Source: Paraspadella gotoi
Lineage: Eukaryota; Animalia; Chaetognatha
Length of the DNA: 5,809 nt
Assembly (NCBI GenBank): GCA_051294375.1
Contig: JBJCIZ010000902.1
Coordinates: 1 to 5,809 of the forward strand
Direction of reading: 5' to 3'
The translations under genes and the position numbers were made by a program. Positions 1 to 5,809 of this stretch are shown here, piece by piece; the first letter of the stretch is position 1, and each line of letters begins with the position of its first letter. The notes beneath the pieces were generated by a model that was not told the DNA's origin, made no database searches, and saw nothing but the letters and a program-made list of their open reading frames with translations.

Positions 1-58
1 AAACAAACAAAGAAACAAAGACACAAAGAAATTAAAAGAGAGAGAGACAGACAGACAG
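1..58 (+). repeat. Intronic degenerate simple repeats (AAAC)n, (AG)n, (AGAC)n
   Basis: aaacaaacaaagaaacaaag at 1-20 and agagagagagacagacagacag at about 37-58. Confidence 0.6.
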
Positions 59-101
59 AATAACAATCTGATAAACGGACAGGCTAAACAAACTGAGACA
101 A

Positions 102-132
102 CTTTTTCGACCTCCCCCCTCTCTCCTTCCAG
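102..132 (+). other. 3' splice acceptor (polypyrimidine tract + CAG), phase 1
   Basis: ctttttcgacctcccccctctctccttccAG ends at 132, exactly where A-rich simple-repeat DNA changes to GC-rich coding DNA. The exon begins GC|ACC CGC TCC. Confidence 0.85.
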
Positions 133-508
133 GCACCCGCTCCACCCCCCGCATCATCATGATCGCCCTCGCCGTCTCCGACACCCTCGAGATCCTCTCT
201 CTCCTCCAAGGGAACCTCCAGTTCTTTGTCGCCGACAAGCACCATTGGGTGCATCAGTTGATCGTCCGCAATGTCTCTTGGTTCTACCCGTTGCAGATGG
301 CGTCGACGACCTTCAATCGCGGCCTCATGCTGTTGATGACCTTCGAGCGATGGACGGTCATCTGCCGCCCTCTCACGTCGATCCGCAAGTTTCAGGAGAA
401 GCGACGCGTCGTCGTCTGCTTGGTGGCTTTGGCGGTGGCGTCGGCGGCGCTCAATCTCCCGCGCGCCTGGGAATTTCGTACCAAACCCGATTGTCGAGTG
501 ACGAGGAT
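133..508 (+). CDS. Internal coding exon (3' truncated by the N gap) of a class A GPCR, FMRFamide/myosuppressin/sex-peptide-receptor-like; encodes ICL1, TM2, TM3, TM4 and the start of ECL2
   Basis: Translates as TRSTPRIIMIALAVSDTLEIL...WFYPLQMASTTFNRGLMLLMTFERWTVICRPL...RRVVVCLVALAVASAALNLPRAWEFRTKPDCRVTR. It has the TM2 LAxxD motif, the TM3/ICL2 D/ERY-type motif (ERWxxICxPL), and a TM4 end NLPRxWE resembling the NxPRFxE of this receptor group. Third codon positions are strongly GC-rich. It follows a polypyrimidine tract plus CAG. The ATG at 159 is internal, not the start codon. Confidence 0.93.
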
Positions 509-533
509 NNNNNNNNNNNNNNNNNNNNNNNNN
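509..533. other. Assembly gap of exactly 25 N inside the coding exon
   Basis: Counted directly. Composition changes from GC-rich coding sequence to unrelated AT-rich sequence across the gap. Confidence 0.99.
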
Positions 534-634
534 ATTTATTCAATTGGTACAACCTGTAAAAGAGATTATATTCATTTGTCAAACAAGCTTATTTTTGCTC
601 TGACATAACAGCCACCAGTCGGGTACAACCGCCT

Positions 635-855
635 AAATTTTTTTTAAAATACTTTTCCTTTTTTTCAATTCACAATATATTTTTTTTTTTTTTTATTAAA
701 ACACAATAATAAAAAAAAAACAATAAAAATTTACTGTCATCATTATTTTTTTTTTTGTTTTTTTCTAAATCTTTTTCAAGCAGTTTTTCTCATAAGATAA
801 TTTTGTAAGTACAAAAATAAACAAAATATAATTAGATTAAAACTTAACAAAAATT
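635..855. repeat. AT-rich low-complexity tract with long A and T homopolymers
   Basis: Long T runs near 638, 680 and 746, and an A run near 711. No regular repeat unit. Probably inflated by read error. Confidence 0.7.
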
Positions 856-1039
856 TCTAGTGTCGAGTACTCGCCGAATCCGCGAAGAGAGACATGCCTG
901 CAGTTTTTCAAACATCCAATCCTTAACTCGATCAACCACGAAACATATGCTGCGAACCGTCTTATTCTGGTGGCACTTCCGCCGAGCGAGACGTCGCATG
1001 AGTATTTGATTTTGAGAATAAACGCGAGACGCTTGCCCG

Positions 1040-1088
1040 TCTCTTTCTCTCTCGCTCTCTCTCCATTCTCTCTCCTCTCTCTCGCTCT
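1040..1088 (+). repeat. Imperfect (CT)n microsatellite
   Basis: tctctttctctctcgctctctctccattctctctcctctctctcgctct. Confidence 0.8.
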
Positions 1089-1218
1089 ACATTGTTTTCC
1101 GTCTACTTGTTCTTCCCCTCTTTTTTCAGCCCCCGAAAAGTAAATGTCTTTTCCGGTTTCTCTCGAACGATTTGCTTCATTTGACTCATTAGCCAGCGAT
1201 AGACAGGGCGTAGTGTCG

Positions 1219-1742
1219 GAGAAAGAATAAGAAAAAAAAATAGAAAAAAAAAAAAAAAGAAGAATAAGGTTTTTTTTTTTTTTTTTTTTTGGCGGATAAG
1301 GGCGTATTTTTTTTATTATTTATATTTTTTAAAAGAGAAAAAAAAAAAAAGAAATAAAGAAAGAAAAAAAAAGAAAGCAAAGAAAATTTTATAGAGGCGG
1401 AAAAAGATCTCATAAAAATAATAAAAAAAGGAAAAAAAAATATAATCAAAAAAGTTGGCACAGATAAAAAGAATAAGAGAAGGAGAGTGGGAAGGAGAAA
1501 ATAAAAAAAAAGGAGGAACTATAAAGAGATTGAATTAAAAGAAAGAAAATTGAAAAAGATGAAAAAGAAAAAAGAAAAAAGAAATTAGGATTTTGGACGA
1601 AAAGAAAGGGAAAATTTAAGGAATAAAGAAGAATACTGAAAGGCGTATAAAAAAAAAAGAAGGGGGAAAGACAAAAATGAGAACAAAAGAAAAAAAATAA
1701 AGACAGAAAATATAAGCAGCAGGAAGTGGATAAGAAGAAGGG
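1219..1742. repeat. A-rich, purine-skewed low-complexity tract
   Basis: About 520 bp dominated by A runs broken by single G, with a long T run near 1270-1290 and no periodic unit. It produces the spurious poly-Phe ORFs on the minus strand. Confidence 0.8.
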
Positions 1743-3907
1743 ATCGTCGACGTTCTCGAATGACGTCATCGGAGTTTTCCTCTCGGAAACGCGCTCTCTC
1801 GGCGGGATTTCCGGGCGTCTCGATGATTCGCCCCCGACGGTGGCACCTGTGATTCTCTTCACACACGCGTCACAGAATTTATAATAAGTACTCTTATTCG
1901 AACTCGAATGGAAATCATCGCATGCAACGTCGTCAGAAACGTTGCTATCAATCGAGTACACGCTTGTAAAGCAATATACGTATCATACGAGACAAATAGC
2001 GAAAGTGTATGTAAATAATAAGTTGTCTAGTGTTAAATAAATTGTTTATTGAGATATATACGTTTCGTCGATCTCAGGTTATCTTTGAACGATTGTCGCG
2101 CCGCTCGTTGTCACGACAAACGTATATTTTATCGAAAAATGGGGAATGATTATTTTTCGATTATTTTTTTTTTTAAAATATTTGTATGTTACTATTATGG
2201 GGGACTATATGAGATGCGACTAAAATCCAACCAACCTTATTGAAATTGTTTTCATCTTTTTATTTAAGTATACTATTTTTTTTCTTCAATTGCTCGTCAG
2301 AGTTTACTTGCACATTGTACAATCCACAACATACATTATTTTGCTAGTATTAAAAAGGGAATCAGACCAATGTCATTTTGGGAGACCGTCATTTCAACCG
2401 AATTGAGAAAAAATAATAATTCGATAGGGATAAACAGTTTGACAAAGCCACACGTGAAAAATCTAGAAAAATTATAGTTATATATATAAAAATAAATATA
2501 ATTATATAAATAAACATATAATAATTCATGAGTGTAAACAAATCTGGGGTAGAAGATAATATCCAACATTTATGATACGACGCAAGAACTAAAAATCATT
2601 TTTAATATGGTTTAACCAACAAAGACACAAGAGAATTAAATTATAATGTTATCGTTTACTGTTGAGTGTAATATGTTTTTTATTTTGAGTTTGTTTTTTT
2701 AGTTTCGCAGCAAACATTCCCCCATCTTACTGAACATACGCGCGAAGAATAAAACGTAATTGGATTTTTTGCAGCTCCAAAGTGCACACAGTTGGCGAGC
2801 GGCAACCCTGAGAGCTCCCGCTGATGTATCGACCCTCGGCAAACACTCCATCTTTTTTTTTCGATAACTCCGAGCGCGAACGCAAAAAACTCTTGCCGCT
2901 TCAACACAAACTGTTTTGCCGGTGAAAAAAAGTAAACAGGGACGATATAATGGAAGCCAGAACACTCTCTTTGTATCTACAGAATAAAGCTCGGAGTAAC
3001 AAATGACAAAAAGTCGAGAGAGAGAGTACAAAATAGACCAGCGAAAACACTCGGTAGAACAACACTCGACTGACAGAAAAAACTTGTAGCTCTCGGCGAG
3101 ACAATTTCATGACTCAAACAAATTGCAACGATCTTCATGATTATGGGTTGACTAAGACCAAGCAAAAAAATATTGATCAAAAGTCTAAAGAGAGGACAAA
3201 AAAATATTCCTCTCGCTGGAAGAAAATAATATCGTTGCCGAGTTACCAGTACTAATATCCTCACCTGCACAGAAGTTATACGAAATTGAATATTATTTGA
3301 GAAAAAGAGACTTATACAAACAGCCTAAATTACCAATAAAAATTATAAATCAATTATATTATAGCAGAGTCCTTATATAATCGAAATAATTTATCACTCA
3401 GAAAGTGTATCACTCGTTATACCCGTCGTATCGCATATTTCCAAGCTCGGAATCGTCGCTATCGACCTTGTCGGCTCGATAACACAGTCTTTACCCTCTT
3501 ATTCTTTATCTATCCACTTTCCGCCATCCGTCTTTCGTCGTTTTGTGAATTCCGTTCTCTGCACGCAAAAGAGTGTCGAGTTTTTCGATCTAATCTTTCC
3601 CCATCACTTTTTTTTCCTCCTCGCATTTCCTCTTTGTTTCAAATATCAAGACCTAAAAATCAAAGCAAGAGAATGACGTAATACTTTTTGTTTCACGAAT
3701 TTCGCTATCTTGAATGTTAGATCGAAATAGAACATAGAGAAAAGCGTTAAGAACGAATTTTCTTTCAAATACCGAATCGCGGTTTTAAGCCTTTCTATTT
3801 TCATACGTCTACTCTCAACCTCTCGAACTCTAAGTTGTGTTTTCCTCTACCCCTAAGATCCGAATCGGATATATATACCTTAGTATTTTTCCCAAACACT
3901 CCCAACC

Positions 3908-4230
3908 ATGACCTCGTCCTGTCCTCTCGGCCTCCCTTTATATCTACCCTCATCCTTCCGTCGGAGTTCCGTGCTCTCTGTATTACGACCCGTTCAATTT
4001 CTTCCTCGGAATGGCCTGCCGCGAAAATCGGCGCAGGGCGACACCTGCTTCCCGCAGACTTTTCCACCTGCCATCCGCATCACGTCCCGAGGCACTCTCC
4101 CTCCCTTCCGGGCGTTATCTCTCCCTTGCCTTCCCTACGACCCTTCGTCCCCTTCTCACTCGACCTGCTGCTCAGGAACCCGACGCTGTCTTGCTCACCC
4201 GCCACGGCCTCCCATTTCGGTCTTGGTCGG
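3908..4230 (+). other. Probable upstream coding exon of the same GPCR (N-terminus + TM1), frameshifted in this assembly
   Basis: GC-rich island starting at caaccATG (3908). It has C-ending codon-like stretches and a hydrophobic-coding segment. This is followed by ggaacc (possible TM1 GN motif, about 4175) and gtc ttg ctc acc cgc cac ggc ctc = VLLTRHGL, typical of the TM1/ICL1 junction. Candidate GT donors lie at about 4220-4231, about 500 bp upstream of the duplicated acceptor at 4728. No single clean frame exists and the boundaries are approximate. Confidence 0.5.
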
Positions 4231-4569
4231 GTAGTTCTGTCTTTCCTTTAAAATCTTGCACCGATTCGTCTCTGCTCTGTCCTTCCAGTTTCAGACAGTC
4301 GCGGTGTAACGCTACCTTATAATACGCCATCTATCACCTTCTTTCTCTCTCTCTGCCTCATCTCTCGTCTCCTTACTCGGGATTTCCTGGGTTTACTACT
4401 CAATATTTCTTCATAACAAAAATAGATAGAATAAAGAATATTTCCAAAGAAGAATCACGAGAACAATTATAAGTGATATATTGAAAGAATGAAGAAAAGA
4501 AAGATTGATAGAGAATAAGTGTTCCACACAAGAGTAGAAAAGACAAAGAAATCAAAGAAACAATACATC

Positions 4570-5307
4570 AATAACAAACAAACTCAAAGACACTACAAGA
4601 AAAATTATACAGAGATTGAGATTGCTAGACGACAGTTTCATTACAATTTTTGATTACATACGGACTTAACCCTTAATCTTTCTGGACAACTTTTTTTCGG
4701 ACTTCCTCCCCTCTTTTCTCCTTTCCAGCACTTTCTCGCTCCACCCTTCCCGCATTTCCTTCCTATGACTCACGACTTCCCTTCGCCGGTCTCGACATCC
4801 CTGAGATTCACTCTTCTCTTCCTCTAACTCGGAACCTCTCGCTAGTACTTTGTCTCCGACAAGCTAACAGAAACATTTTCCTAGCCAGTTGGTTTGGATT
4901 AGTGCCCATCAGCTCGTAATCTTGGTCGCAAATGTCTTCTTGGTTGGCTACCGGTTAGCAGATGGCTATCTTCAGCGTCACGACGACCTTTTTTAATCGC
5001 GGGGGAAGGTCCTGAATGCTGGATGACCAGTCGAGCGATGGACGGTAATCTGGCCGCCCTTCTCCCTACTCCTTTTTCCCCATCCCCCCCGGTTTCCGGA
5101 ATTTTTTTTGCCGCAAGTTTCAGGAAGAAGCCGAGCGAAGCGCGTCGTCTGTGCATGCTTTTGGGTGGCATTTTCTGGCATGCGCGCTAGGAGGCAGGAG
5201 AAGACAGGATGGGCAGAGAGTCTTCGGCGGCGTCCAATCTCGCCGCGCGACCCTAGGGAATGTTTAGGAGATGACACGTTACCAACCCGGATTTCGAGTG
5301 ACGGGAT
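4570..5307 (+). repeat. Insertion-riddled direct copy of window positions 1-508 (intron end, acceptor AG at 4727-4728, TM2-TM4 exon); likely an uncorrected long-read artefact, less likely a pseudogenic duplicate
   Basis: Exact collinear anchors: gacaacttttt 97/4685, tcgagcgatggacggt 343-358/5031-5046, ccgcaagtttcagga 383-397/5111-5125, tcgagtgacg 494-503/5294-5303. The offset grows steadily (4588, 4688, 4728, 4800). Confidence 0.92.
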
Positions 5308-5456
5308 GGGCGCAGAGATGTGGCTGGGGGCGGTTGGAAAGCAGAAGATGCAGGGAGTGCGGATAGAGGTCGGCCAATGAGGTTTCGACGAGGAGGTGGA
5401 GAAACGGAACTTGAGGACGGAACAGGAGTTGGGGCCGCTTCGTTAACCGGTTTTAG

Positions 5457-5702
5457 CTTCGGCTCCACGAAGCCGTTGACAACTCCAGCACCTCGTCCAC
5501 TCCTTCTCCTCCTCCTTCGCAGAATCAAGAGTTCCGGTACAGGATCGTCCCTCGCATGGACTACTCCTGCAACTCGGCCTACAAGATTGGCTACAGGGTC
5601 GTCGTAAGTCAGCTGCTCAATTTCGCGATTCCACTGGTGACGATGGCGGTGTTCAACGGGATGGCCATCTACGTGCTGCTCAAGAGTCGAGAGTCCTTGA
5701 GG
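5457..5702 (+). CDS. Coding segment of the same GPCR: end of ECL2, TM5 and start of ICL3 (5' boundary uncertain; absent from the ORF track)
   Basis: The frame is open after the TAG at 5454-5456 and reads LRLHEAVDNSSTSSTPSPPPSQNQEFRYRIVPRMDYSCNSAYKIGYRVVVSQLLNFAIPLVTMAVFNGMAIYVLLKSRESLR. Y...Y...FxIP(5.50)...FN...L is the TM5 pattern of this receptor group, and third positions are GC-rich. It ends at AGG|GTCAGT followed by AT-rich DNA. An alternative start is 5523, after a pyrimidine tract plus CAG. Confidence 0.85.
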
Positions 5703-5708
5703 GTCAGT
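5700..5708 (+). other. 5' splice donor, phase 0 (AGG|GTCAGT)
   Basis: Good match to the AG|GTRAGT consensus, with an abrupt switch to T-rich DNA at 5709. The frame does stay open to the window end, so no stop codon forces this donor. Confidence 0.7.
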
Positions 5709-5809
5709 TCATTTCATTTTATTGTTAGTTTATTTAGAACTAGCATGGTTCGGTACAGAGAAATCGGAAGGCCAAGCCAAGCGCAACTGTCTATGAAAGG
5801 CAAACATAC

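Noticed and set aside
534-608. C-terminal tail of ORF 159..608 (IYSIGTTCKRDY...) and ATG 159 as a complete gene
   Set aside because: The tail is read-through across the N gap into unrelated AT-rich DNA. The ATG lies inside TM2 of a spliced exon.
546-630. 9-bp direct repeat GGTACAACC at 546-554 and 622-630 as a possible target-site duplication
   Set aside because: No terminal inverted repeats or element features lie between the copies. It sits next to the gap, and chance is plausible.
1189-1961. Phe/Leu/Ser-rich minus-strand ORFs that look like membrane proteins
   Set aside because: They are translations of the complement of the poly-A/purine low-complexity tract and show no recognisable domain.
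2049-3270. Short ORFs of 64-110 aa on both strands
   Set aside because: They are AT-rich, overlap each other, often lack ATG starts, have no recognisable motifs and lie in likely error-prone sequence.
3868-3880. TATA-like atatatata about 30 bp upstream of ATG 3908
   Set aside because: It is a simple (AT)n run in noisy sequence and would leave almost no 5' UTR.
4580-4860. T-biased insertions in the duplicate, superficially like kinetoplastid U-insertion RNA editing or an edited retrocopy
   Set aside because: The insertions also affect the intron and destroy rather than create a reading frame. They shift to G/A and C bursts further along. This fits sequencing noise.
4899-5607. Five overlapping 90-95 aa ORFs
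   Set aside because: They are shadow frames of the GC-rich garbled exon copy. The real TM5 frame is a different one, though parts of the two + strand ORFs may carry ECL2 fragments.
1-5809. CRISPR array, tRNA/rRNA, transposase or reverse transcriptase, prokaryotic operon, SMRTbell adapter with inverted read-back
   Set aside because: I recognised no regularly spaced repeats, RNA-gene signatures, mobile-element protein motifs or intact adapter by eye. The duplicate is direct, not inverted.

Overview
Eukaryotic (animal-type) genomic DNA carrying part of an intron-containing class A (rhodopsin-like) GPCR gene on the + strand, most like the invertebrate FMRFamide/myosuppressin/sex-peptide-receptor-like peptide receptors. 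Clean coding sequence is at 133-508 (ICL1, TM2-TM4, start of ECL2), cut by a 25-N gap, and at about 5457-5702 (end of ECL2, TM5). The most striking signal is that about 4570-5307 is a second, collinear copy of 1-508, intron included. It is roughly 50% longer because of scattered insertions and runs straight into the clean TM5 segment. A similarly garbled N-terminus/TM1 exon probably lies at about 3908-4230. The simplest reading is an assembly artefact: an uncorrected long read extended into an over-filled gap and duplicated the left flank. This means 534 to about 5450 is unreliable at base level and the true gap is only about 150 bp. I find no support for a new biological system. The real biological interest is limited to the receptor's atypical intramembrane residues and its apparently long ECL2.
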